Shown one piece after another: positions 1 to 8,186 of a stretch of DNA of 64,000 nt. The translations under genes and the position numbers were made by a program. Numbering within the stretch: position 1 is the first letter of the stretch; each line of letters starts with the position of its first letter. Source of the DNA: Polyangiales bacterium (lineage in GTDB: Bacteria > Myxococcota_A > Polyangia > Polyangiales > JADJQN01). The notes under the pieces are model-generated. The model was not told the origin of the DNA. It ran no database searches and saw only the letters and a program-made list of their open reading frames with translations. The stretch is from assembly GCA_964202905.1 (NCBI GenBank), contig CAXNJO010000002.1, forward strand, positions 416,001-480,000, in the 5' to 3' direction.

Positions 1-465
1 GAGCACGACGATGACGCGCAAGCCCCGCTCGGCCGCGGCCGCGAGGACCCGATCGAGGTGCACGAAGGACGACTCGACCCACGCGTCGTCGCCGACGCGG
101 AAGGCGTAGTCGCGTGCCCAGTCCGGGGCCCCCGCGGCGGCCTCCCCGAGCGCCCAGACGCGCACGACGCCGAGACCGTCCGCGCGCACGGCGTCGAGCA
201 CATCGGTGAGCGCGGCGCGGTGCGCCGGGCCGTGCATCACCGCGACGTTCGCGCCGACGAAGCGGAGGGGTCGCCCCGCGACGACGAAGCGCGTCCCCTC
301 GACGCGGACGAAGCGGTCCGCGTCCGCCGTGGCCGGGGGCGTCTCCCACGCATGCGCCGGGGACGAGAGCAGCGCGAGCGCGAGCACGGCGATCGCGCAC
401 GGCGCGGTGACGCGCGGCGCCCCGCGCTGCGACGCGAACGCCCGATGCTGCGGTGCGCGCGACAC
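1..465 (-). CDS. Secreted GH5 glycoside hydrolase (endo-beta-mannanase-like), N-terminal part; runs off the window edge
   Basis: Not in ORF track. Hand translation from GTG 465: signal-peptide-like CAIAVLALALLSSPAHA, then FVRVEGTRFVVAGRPLRFVGANVAVMHG...VVRVWALGE...LDRVLAAAAERGLRVIVVL, the typical GH5 mannanase N-terminus. Confidence 0.8.
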   Translation of the reverse strand, partial: MSRAPQHRAFASQRGAPRVTAPCAIAVLALALLSSPAHAWETPPATADADRFVRVEGTRFVVAGRPLRFVGANVAVMHGPAHRAALTDVLDAVRADGLGVVRVWALGEAAAGAPDWARDYAFRVGDDAWVESSFVHLDRVLAAAAERGLRVIVVL

Positions 466-619
466 GTGCTCGGGGCGGATCGTGACAGGCGGGCGCGGCG
501 CGGGCACCCCCCAGGGCGCGCGGCGCGGCCCCCGCACGAGCGACCCGCTGAACGCCCGTACCCGAAAACTTGGACGGGGCGCGGAGGCCGGATAGGAGGG
601 ACGGCTGGAGGCCTGGCGA

Positions 620-3172
620 ATGAGCAGCAGCAGCGGAGGCGAGGTGCGCAGTCTCTTCGTGCAGGCGCGGGAGGCCGCGCGGGCGCGGAAGCAATCGCTC
701 GGCACGGGCCACCTGTTGCTCGCGCTCCTGCAATCGGCGGGCGAGGCCGGCGACGTGCTCTCGCAGCAGGGCGTGAGCGAGGGCGCGCTGCTCAGCGCGC
801 TGAAGGTCGTCGGCGAAGAGGCGGGCACCGCCCTCGACATCGCGTTCGAGCGCGCCACGAAGCTCGCGGGGACGCTCGGCTCGGACGCGCCGCATCCGCT
901 GCACCTCCTGCTCACGCTCGCGATCGATCCCCGCAGCGCCGCGCACCGCTGCCTCGAGCAGTCCGGCGTCGGCGCCGCGCGCGTGCATGCGGAGGTGTGC
1001 GCCCGCATCGGCATCGTCCCGGGCCGCGAGGACACGTCGAGCGGGCTCGCGACCGAGCGCGGCGCCGTGCGCCCCATGACGCTGCGTCCGCCCCCCTCGC
1101 CGACCCCGCTGCCGACGAGCGGCGTACCGCACGCGGGCGCGACGCCCCCGGGCTCGGCGAGCGATCCGCTCGGCGCACGGCGCGCGACGCGGAGCGGCCC
1201 GCCGATCACGCCCGCGCGCACGACGGCGCGCGTCGGCACGACGCACCGCCCGCCTTCCGCGCGCCCCGGACCGTCCTCGTGGACCGCGCGCCCCGCGACG
1301 CCGACCGCGCAGCCCGCCCCGCAGGGCGCGCCTGCGCAGACGCCGGGCACGTCGCGCTTCGCCCTCGACGAGCGCACCTTCCCCACGCTCGTCGCGCTGT
1401 CGCGCAACCTGACGCAGCTCGCCGAGGCGGGCGCGATCGACCCGGTGATCGGGCGCGACGCGGAGATCGAGAAGCTCCTCGACATCCTCGCGCGGCGGCG
1501 CTCGAACAACCCGATCCTCGTCGGGCCCCCGGGTGTCGGCAAGACGGCCGTGGTCGAGGGCCTCGCGCTGCGGCTCGTCGCGGGCGCGAGCGGCCTGCCG
1601 GAAGACCGCATCCTCCTCGAGATCTCCGCGGGTTCGCTCGTGTCCGGGACCGGCGTGCGCGGCGCCCTCGCCGAGCGGCTCGCGCGGCTCCGCGCCGAGG
1701 TCGCGCGCGCGGAGGGGCGCGTGCTGCTCTTCCTCGACGAGATCCACGCGATCGTCGGCGGCGACGCGGGCGGCCCCGACGACCTCGCGAGCGAGCTGAA
1801 GGCCGCGCTCGCGCGGGGCGAGCTGCCGTGCATCGGCGCGACCACGGACGCCGAGTACCGCAAGCACTTCGAGCGCGATCCCGCGCTCGCGCGGCGCTTC
1901 TCGCGGCTCGAGGTCGGCGAGCCCGCGCCCGAGGACTGCGTGCGCATCCTCCGCGGCCTCGCGCCGCGCTACGAGCAGCATCACGGCGTGGCGTTCACCC
2001 CCGAGGCGATCGAGCAGGCGGTGACGCTCTCGATCCGTTTCCTCCCCGAGCGGCAGCTCCCCGACAAGGCGCTCGGGCTGCTCGATCTCGCGGCCGCGCG
2101 CGCGCGGCGTCGCGGCGTGCGCGTCGTCGATCTCGAGGCCGTCGCGCAGGTGATCAGCGAGCAGGCGCGCGTGCCGCTCGAGCGGCTGATGCTGCGCGAT
2201 CGCGAGCGGCTCCTCGGGCTCGAGTCGCTCGTCGCCGAGCGCGTCGTCGGGCAGCGCGCGGCCATCGCGCGCATCGCGGACGCGCTGCGCAAGGGCGCGG
2301 CGGGCTTCCGCGGGCGGCGTCCGCTCGGCACCTTCCTGCTGCTCGGCCCGACGGGCGTCGGCAAGACGGAGACGGCGCGCGCGATCAGCGAGGTGCTCTT
2401 CGCGGCGAGCGACTTCACGCGCCTCGACATGAGCGAGTACGCCGAGCCCCACGCGATCGCGCGGCTCCTCGGCGCGCCTCCCGGCTACCTCGGGCACGAC
2501 GAGGGCGGTCAGCTCACCGAGGCCGTACGGCGCCGGCCGTATCAGCTCGTGCTCCTCGACGAGATCGAGAAGGCGCACCCCGAGGTGCTGCTCGCGCTGC
2601 TGCCGCTGCTCGACGAGGGCCGCATGACCGACGGTCGCGGGCGCACCGTCGACTTCACGAACACCGTCGTCGTGATGACCTCGAACCTCGGCGTCGCGGC
2701 GTCGCGCGAGCGTCCCTCGCGCGCGATCGGCTTCGGCGGCGTCGATGGGCGGCCGCAAGCGCCGCCCGATCAGGGCGAGCAGGCCCTCGCCGCGGCACGC
2801 CGCGCGCTGCCCCCCGAGCTCTGGAACCGCATCGACGAGCCGCTCTGGTTCGGGCCGCTCGGCGCCGCCGAGGTCGAGGCGATCGCGGCGCGGATGCTCG
2901 CGCAGGTCGCGGCGGTGCTCGCCGCGGAGCACCGCGTGACGCTCGTCGTCGAGCCCGCTGCGCTCGGCGCGCTCGCGGCCGCAGGCGGCTTCGACCCGGA
3001 GCTCGGCGCGCGCCCGATGCGCCGCACGGTGGGCCGGCTCGTGGAGTCGCCGCTCGCGGAGCTCGTGCTCTCCGGGCGCGCGCTGCCGGGCGACGTGCTG
3101 GTGCTCTCCGGCGAAGGCGCCGAGGTCCGCATCCGGCCCCGCGGCGCGGCCCGCGCGGACGCTGCCGAGTAG
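620..3172 (+). CDS. ATP-dependent Clp protease ATP-binding subunit (ClpA/ClpC type)
   Basis: Clp N-domain, DPVIGRDAEIE, two Walker A motifs (GPPGVGKT, GPTGVGKT), LFLDEIH, RLDMSEY, GAPPGYLG and an IGF ClpP-docking loop (RAIGFG). No long ClpB middle domain. Long Pro/Thr-rich linker. Confidence 0.93.
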   Translation: MSSSSGGEVRSLFVQAREAARARKQSLGTGHLLLALLQSAGEAGDVLSQQGVSEGALLSALKVVGEEAGTALDIAFERATKLAGTLGSDAPHPLHLLLTLAIDPRSAAHRCLEQSGVGAARVHAEVCARIGIVPGREDTSSGLATERGAVRPMTLRPPPSPTPLPTSGVPHAGATPPGSASDPLGARRATRSGPPITPARTTARVGTTHRPPSARPGPSSWTARPATPTAQPAPQGAPAQTPGTSRFALDERTFPTLVALSRNLTQLAEAGAIDPVIGRDAEIEKLLDILARRRSNNPILVGPPGVGKTAVVEGLALRLVAGASGLPEDRILLEISAGSLVSGTGVRGALAERLARLRAEVARAEGRVLLFLDEIHAIVGGDAGGPDDLASELKAALARGELPCIGATTDAEYRKHFERDPALARRFSRLEVGEPAPEDCVRILRGLAPRYEQHHGVAFTPEAIEQAVTLSIRFLPERQLPDKALGLLDLAAARARRRGVRVVDLEAVAQVISEQARVPLERLMLRDRERLLGLESLVAERVVGQRAAIARIADALRKGAAGFRGRRPLGTFLLLGPTGVGKTETARAISEVLFAASDFTRLDMSEYAEPHAIARLLGAPPGYLGHDEGGQLTEAVRRRPYQLVLLDEIEKAHPEVLLALLPLLDEGRMTDGRGRTVDFTNTVVVMTSNLGVAASRERPSRAIGFGGVDGRPQAPPDQGEQALAAARRALPPELWNRIDEPLWFGPLGAAEVEAIAARMLAQVAAVLAAEHRVTLVVEPAALGALAAAGGFDPELGARPMRRTVGRLVESPLAELVLSGRALPGDVLVLSGEGAEVRIRPRGAARADAAE

Positions 3173-3198
3173 CGCGCGCGCGTGCCATGCTCGGCGCC

Positions 3199-3657
3199 GT
3201 GACGACCGCCGACGCCCCGCCCTCCCCCGCGCCGAACGGCGAGCAGACCCTCTTCGAAGGCCACCCCGCCGCGTGCGCGAGCATCGGCCAATGGGTACTC
3301 GTCGTGCTGACGCTCGGCCTCGCGTACCTGTACTTCCTCTTCCGCGCGCGCGGGACCCGCTACAAGGTCACGACGCAGCGCGTGGTGGTCGAGACGGGTC
3401 TGCTCTCGAAGCGCATGGACCAGATCGACATCTACCGCATCAACGACTTCGTCGTGGAGCGGCCCTTCGGCCAGCGCCTCGCGGGCACGGGCAACCTGAT
3501 CCTGACGGCGATGGATCGCTCGACGCCGGACGTCCGTCTCGAGGGCCTCGCGACCGACGTCGTCGCGCTCTACGAGCGGCTGCGCACGGCGACCGAGGAG
3601 GCCAAGCGCGCGCGCGGCGTGCGGGTGCTCGACAACGAGGTCCAGCCGCTCCGCTGA
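3199..3657 (+). CDS. Membrane-anchored bacterial PH (bPH_2) domain protein
   Basis: 3' end of ORF 58..3657: TM segment then RYKVTTQRVVVETGLLSKRMDQIDIYRINDFVVERPFGQRLAGTGNL. Start is GTG 3199 or ATG 3187. Confidence 0.82.
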   Translation: MTTADAPPSPAPNGEQTLFEGHPAACASIGQWVLVVLTLGLAYLYFLFRARGTRYKVTTQRVVVETGLLSKRMDQIDIYRINDFVVERPFGQRLAGTGNLILTAMDRSTPDVRLEGLATDVVALYERLRTATEEAKRARGVRVLDNEVQPLR

Positions 3658-3727
3658 CGGCGACGCGCTCGCTCCCCGGCCGCTTGGCCGTGCGCTATGG
3701 TCCGGCCCCCGCACGGAGGCTCTCGAC

Positions 3728-4504
3728 ATGCACGGCACCCCGCAGATCCAACTCGAAGGCAAGGTCGCGATCGTCACCGGTGCGAGCCGCGGGATCGGCG
3801 AGGCCATCGCGCGCTCGTTCGCCCGGCACGGCGCGAAGGTCGTGCTCGCGTCGCGCAAGCTCGACGGGCTCGAGCGCGTCGCGCGCGAGATCGAGGCCGA
3901 GGGCGGCGAGGCGCTCGCGGTCGCGGCGCACACGGGCCACGAGGGGCAGGTCGCCGAGCTCGTCGCGCGCTCGGTCGCGCACTTCGGCAAGGTCGACGTG
4001 CTCGTGAACAACGCCGCGACGAACCCGTATTTCGGCCCGATGATGAACGTCGACGCGGCCGCGTGGGACAAGACCTTCGAGGTCAACGTGAAGGGCTACT
4101 TCGCCGCGACGCGCGAGGTCGTGCGCCACCTCTACGCCCGCAACGCGCCCGGCGCGATCGTGAACGTCGCGAGCGTCGCGGGCCTGATGGGCTCGCCGCT
4201 GCAGGGCGTCTACGGCATGACGAAGGCCGCCGTCATCTCGATGACGCGCACGCTCGCGATGGAGCTCGGCACCGCGGGCATCCGCGTCAACGCGATCGCG
4301 CCTGGCCTCGTCGAGACCAAGTTCGCGAGCGCGCTCACGCAGAACGACGCGGTGCTCGCGCAGGTGATGGAGCGCACCGCGCTCAAGCGTCTCGGCCAGC
4401 CCGAGGACATCAGCGGCGCCGCGCTCTACCTCGCGAGCGACGCGTCCTCGTTCATGACCGGCCACGTCCTCACGATCGACGCGGGCTGGACGATCGGCAT
4501 CTGA
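3728..4504 (+). CDS. SDR family NAD(P)-dependent oxidoreductase (DHRS4-like)
   Basis: TGASRGIG, NNAATNPYFG, catalytic YGMTK, IRVNAIAPG. Confidence 0.93.
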   Translation: MHGTPQIQLEGKVAIVTGASRGIGEAIARSFARHGAKVVLASRKLDGLERVAREIEAEGGEALAVAAHTGHEGQVAELVARSVAHFGKVDVLVNNAATNPYFGPMMNVDAAAWDKTFEVNVKGYFAATREVVRHLYARNAPGAIVNVASVAGLMGSPLQGVYGMTKAAVISMTRTLAMELGTAGIRVNAIAPGLVETKFASALTQNDAVLAQVMERTALKRLGQPEDISGAALYLASDASSFMTGHVLTIDAGWTIGI

Positions 4505-4527
4505 GCCCCGCCCCCGAGCGCGCGATC

Positions 4528-6132
4528 ATGCCCGACGCCCCGCGCGACCCCGCGTCCGCACCCGCCGCGAGCCCCGCGCCGCTGCCGCGACGCTTCGGCC
4601 CGTACCTGCTCTTCGACCGCATCGGTCGCGGCGGCATGGCGGAGATCTTCCTCGCGCGCGCGGCGACGGGGCTCGGCGCGGCGCGCCTCGTCGTCGTCAA
4701 ACAGATCCTGCCGGAGCTCACGGGCGACGAGCGCTTCGCGCGGATGCTCATCGCCGAGGCGAAGCTCGCGGCGCGGCTGCGGCACGCGAACGTCGTGCAG
4801 GTCTACGACCTCGGCCGCGAAGATGAACGGCTGTTCATCGCGATGGAGTACGTCGAGGGCAGCGACCTCAACGCGCTGCTCCGGCAGCTCTCGCGCAGCA
4901 AGACCCCGCTGCCGCTCGAGTTCGCGCTCTTCGTGGTGCGCGAGGTGCTTGCCGCGCTCTCTTATGCGCACCGCGCGCGCGACGACGCGGGCGCGCCCTT
5001 GTCGCTCGTGCACCGCGACGTCTCGCCGTCGAACGTGCTCGTATCCTTCGAGGGAGAGGTGAAGCTCTGCGACTTCGGCATCGCGCGGGCGCTCGCGCTC
5101 TCGCCCGAGCCCACGTTGCCCGCCCCCGATCCCGGCGCCGCGGAGGCCCCGCGCGAGACGTCGCGCGTCGTCGGCAAGAGCGCGTACATGGCCCCCGAAC
5201 AGGCCCGCGGCGCGGCCATCGACGCACGCGCGGACGTCTTCGCGGCGGGCATCCTGCTCTGGGAATTGTGCGCCGGGCGCCGCCTCTACCGGGGCACCGA
5301 AGCGGGGATGCTCGCGCTCGCGCGCGCCGCGGACGTGCCCCCGCTGCCCGATCGCGGCCTGCCCGAACACGCGCGGTTGCAGGCGCTCCTCGCGCGTGCG
5401 CTCGACCCGTCCCCCGACGCGCGCTTCGCGAGCGCCGCCGACTTCCAGCGCGCGCTCGACGCCTACGCGAGCGACACGCGGCTCATCGCCTCGCCGCTGC
5501 GTTTCGGCGCGTTTCTCGCCGACCACTTCGGCGCGGCGCTCATCGCGGCACGGCGCGCCCGCGAGCGGGGCGCCCTCGCGCTCGAGTTGGGCCCGCCCGC
5601 GGTGCTCGAGCCGATCGCAGCGGCGATCCCTCCCGATCCCTCGTCGGCCGCGCGCGGCGCAGCGCAGACCGACGCGCCGCCCCGCGCCGAGGCGACCGCG
5701 CCTGGTGCAGCGCAGACCGATCCGCGCGCGGCGACGGACGACACGGAGAAGGCCAGCGCGAAGAAGACCCCAGCGAAGAAGAAGCGAGGCACGGAGAAGG
5801 CCGGCGCGACGAAGCCCAAAGCCCCGGAGAAGGCCGGCACGACGACGCAGAACGGCGCGGACAAGGCCGGCGGGACGAAGGCCGGCGCGACGAAGCCGAA
5901 AGGCGCAGAGAAGGCCGACCCGCGCAGCGCAGCGCGGCGCACGCCGAAGACGACGGCGCCGGCGGCGGGGGCCGTGGTGCGCGGGGCGCGCCCGGCACTG
6001 AGCGCGGAGAGCGACGCGCGCGTGGCGCCCGCTGCGCGCATGTCGCGCGCATGGCTCGCGGTCGCCGGGGTCATCCTCGCGGGCGTCGTGCTCGGGGCGG
6101 CGTGGCTCGCGGGGTGGCTCGACGGGCGCTGA
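4528..6132 (+). CDS. Hanks-type Ser/Thr protein kinase with Lys/Ala-rich linker and C-terminal TM anchor
   Basis: IGRGGMAEIF, VVKQI, HRDVSPSN, DFGIA, YMAPEQ, DVFAAG; EKAGATKPK repeats at about 5790-5915; hydrophobic C-terminus. ATG 4528 is in the frame of ORF 3697..6132. Confidence 0.92.
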   Translation: MPDAPRDPASAPAASPAPLPRRFGPYLLFDRIGRGGMAEIFLARAATGLGAARLVVVKQILPELTGDERFARMLIAEAKLAARLRHANVVQVYDLGREDERLFIAMEYVEGSDLNALLRQLSRSKTPLPLEFALFVVREVLAALSYAHRARDDAGAPLSLVHRDVSPSNVLVSFEGEVKLCDFGIARALALSPEPTLPAPDPGAAEAPRETSRVVGKSAYMAPEQARGAAIDARADVFAAGILLWELCAGRRLYRGTEAGMLALARAADVPPLPDRGLPEHARLQALLARALDPSPDARFASAADFQRALDAYASDTRLIASPLRFGAFLADHFGAALIAARRARERGALALELGPPAVLEPIAAAIPPDPSSAARGAAQTDAPPRAEATAPGAAQTDPRAATDDTEKASAKKTPAKKKRGTEKAGATKPKAPEKAGTTTQNGADKAGGTKAGATKPKGAEKADPRSAARRTPKTTAPAAGAVVRGARPALSAESDARVAPAARMSRAWLAVAGVILAGVVLGAAWLAGWLDGR

Positions 6133-6982
6133 CCGCCGCGCGCGGCGCGGGCGTCGGTCGCTGCGCGAGCGCGCGGGCGAGATCCGCAGCGGGGGCATCC
6201 CCCAGCCCCGCACGCACGGCGAGCGCGAGCACCGCCGGCGCGACGGCGTCGTAGAGGCGCAAGGTGTCGGGCGCGACGTGGGCGAGCGCACCGCGGTGCG
6301 CGGACACGGCGGCCACGTCCCCGCGCACGAAGGGACCCGCGAAAAGCGGTCGGCGAGCCAGGCGCGTCGTGGTTGCGCCACGCTGCCGCGCAGCTCCGCA
6401 GCGCCGACGCGCGGCGACGGGCAGGACGCGCGAGCGCTGCCGGAGCCCGCCGCGCGCGTCGCGGTCTGACGCGTCCGCGACCGCGCCCGCGAGCAGCGCG
6501 GCCGCCGCGTGGTAGGCGGGGCCGTGCGCGGGGGTGACGAGCGCGCGCGCACCGAGCGCTGCGGCGAGGCGCTTCGCCGCGACGACGGCCCGCCGATCGC
6601 CGGCGATGACGCACGTCGACCCGGCGAGCGCACCGGCGCGCTGTCGCGACGCGAACGCGACGAGCGGGTGCAGCACGCCGACCGCGACGCCGCCGTCGAC
6701 GTGCGCGCGGAGGATCTCCGACCCGAGGCGCCCCGCGCAATGCAGCAGCACCGCGCCGCGCGGCAGCTGCGGCGCGAGACGCGCGGCGACCGCGGCGATC
6801 GCCGGATCCGGCACGGCGAGGAGGACGACGCGCGCGTCACCGAGCGCGGGCGCCCGCCGCGCACGGCCCGCGACGAGCCGCACGGGGACGCCCGCCTGCG
6901 CGAGCGACGCCGCGAGCGCGCGACCGAGACGGCCCCGACCGACGACGCACGTCGGTCCCACCGTCACGCGATCACGCGCCAT
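6071..6982 (-). CDS. Rossmann-like + DUF2520 oxidoreductase (ketopantoate-reductase-like); middle part garbled
   Basis: GRGRLG, LLAVPD, LHCAG, HPLVAF, YHAAA, GPFVRGD. The segment at about 6340-6480 loses family character, suggesting local indels. Confidence 0.8.
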   Translation of the reverse strand: MARDRVTVGPTCVVGRGRLGRALAASLAQAGVPVRLVAGRARRAPALGDARVVLLAVPDPAIAAVAARLAPQLPRGAVLLHCAGRLGSEILRAHVDGGVAVGVLHPLVAFASRQRAGALAGSTCVIAGDRRAVVAAKRLAAALGARALVTPAHGPAYHAAAALLAGAVADASDRDARGGLRQRSRVLPVAARRRCGAARQRGATTTRLARRPLFAGPFVRGDVAAVSAHRGALAHVAPDTLRLYDAVAPAVLALAVRAGLGDAPAADLARALAQRPTPAPRAAVSARRATPRATPPRARRPRG

Positions 6983-7571
6983 CCCGCTCGTCGCGGTAGA
7001 GCCCGTGCGCGCGCACGTAGGCCACGACCGAGTGCGGCACGAGGCCCGACACGTCCTCGCCGGCGCGGAGCCGACGCCGCACCTCCGTGCTGCTGATCGG
7101 CGGCAACGCGTACTGCCCGCCGAGCCCGCCCCCCGCGTGCCCGCCGCGGCCGACGACGAGCGGCGGCGCGAGCGCGGCGATGCGGTCGAACGCGTGCCAC
7201 TTGCCGGTCTCGGCGAGCAGGTCGGAGCCGATGACGAGGCGCAGCGGCGTGGCCGGCATCCGGCTGCGCAGCGCCTCGAGCGTCCGCACCGTCCAGCTCT
7301 CGCCGCCGAGCTCCGCCTCGATGCGCGACACCTCGGCCCGCCGCAACTCGGAGAAGGCCAGCTCGCACATGCGCACCCGGTGCTCGTAGGGGGCCATCGC
7401 CTTCTGAAAGGGGTGCCTGTACGTCGGGACGACGAGGAGTCGCGCGAGCGGGACCGAGCCGAGCGTCCAGGCCGCGGCGAGGAGGTGCGCGATGTGCGGC
7501 GGGTTGAAGCTGCCCCCGTACACCGCGAGGGCCGCGCCGCCCTCGTCGCCGTCGTCCGGCGCGCCGATCAA
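6972..7571 (-). CDS. nadD: Nicotinate-nucleotide adenylyltransferase
   Basis: YGGSFNPPHIAH (HxGH variant), HPFQK, SWTVRTL, LVIGSD, ISSTEVR. Confidence 0.93.
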   Translation of the reverse strand: MIGAPDDGDEGGAALAVYGGSFNPPHIAHLLAAAWTLGSVPLARLLVVPTYRHPFQKAMAPYEHRVRMCELAFSELRRAEVSRIEAELGGESWTVRTLEALRSRMPATPLRLVIGSDLLAETGKWHAFDRIAALAPPLVVGRGGHAGGGLGGQYALPPISSTEVRRRLRAGEDVSGLVPHSVVAYVRAHGLYRDERDGA

Positions 7572-8173
7572 GGCGCCACCACGACCTTGCCCGTGCGGCG
7601 CTCGAGCACCTCGCGGAAGAGCGGCGCACCCGAGGGGTCGTAGAGCGAGACCGCGATGCGCCCATCGTCCTCGAGGTCGACGACGCCGATCCGCCCCGCG
7701 CGCATCGGCCCTGGCGTGAAGAAGTAGCGATGGCCGAAGCGCTTGAGATCCGACGCGGGGGACTTCCCGTAGACGACGAGGTTCGCGTTCGCGATGTCGT
7801 CCTCGTCGAGGTGCGCCTTGTCGTGCACGAGCAGCACGATGCGGTCTCCGAGCATCTCGACTGCACGCGCGGGCGGGGGCGGCAGGCGACGCACGGCGCC
7901 GAGTCGCTGCACCGCCGCGTCCGCCGTCAGCAGCCGCTCGAGGACCGGCGCCGAGCCGCGCGGCGCGAGCTCCGCGACACGATCGAGGAAGGCCGACTCG
8001 CTCGCAGCGCCGCCGAAGAGCTCTTCGGCCCAGGCCGCGAGCACGCGCTCGACCGCGTCGTCGGCGCCGAGATAGATGGCCTGATCGACGGCCGCATCCC
8101 CGACGAGGAACTCCACCGACTCGCGCAGCGCGCCGAGCTCACCCTCCGCGGGTCCGAGGAGTCCGAGACGCAC
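7568..8173 (-). CDS. Degenerate metallophosphoesterase-fold protein (YfcE/Vps29-like)
   Basis: Motif order MRLGLLGPAEG / VDQAIYLG / IVLLVHD / LVVYGKSP / FFTPG parallels the YfcE pattern IISDxHG / IIHLGD / LVHG / YGHTH / INPG, with most metal ligands replaced. Overlaps the nadD start by 4 nt. Confidence 0.6.
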   Translation of the reverse strand: MRLGLLGPAEGELGALRESVEFLVGDAAVDQAIYLGADDAVERVLAAWAEELFGGAASESAFLDRVAELAPRGSAPVLERLLTADAAVQRLGAVRRLPPPPARAVEMLGDRIVLLVHDKAHLDEDDIANANLVVYGKSPASDLKRFGHRYFFTPGPMRAGRIGVVDLEDDGRIAVSLYDPSGAPLFREVLERRTGKVVVAP

Positions 8174-8186
8174 GCGCCGCCCCGTC

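Noticed and set aside
620..3172. ClpB or type VI secretion ClpV
   Set aside because: No long middle coiled coil, an IGF loop is present, and there are no T6SS genes nearby.
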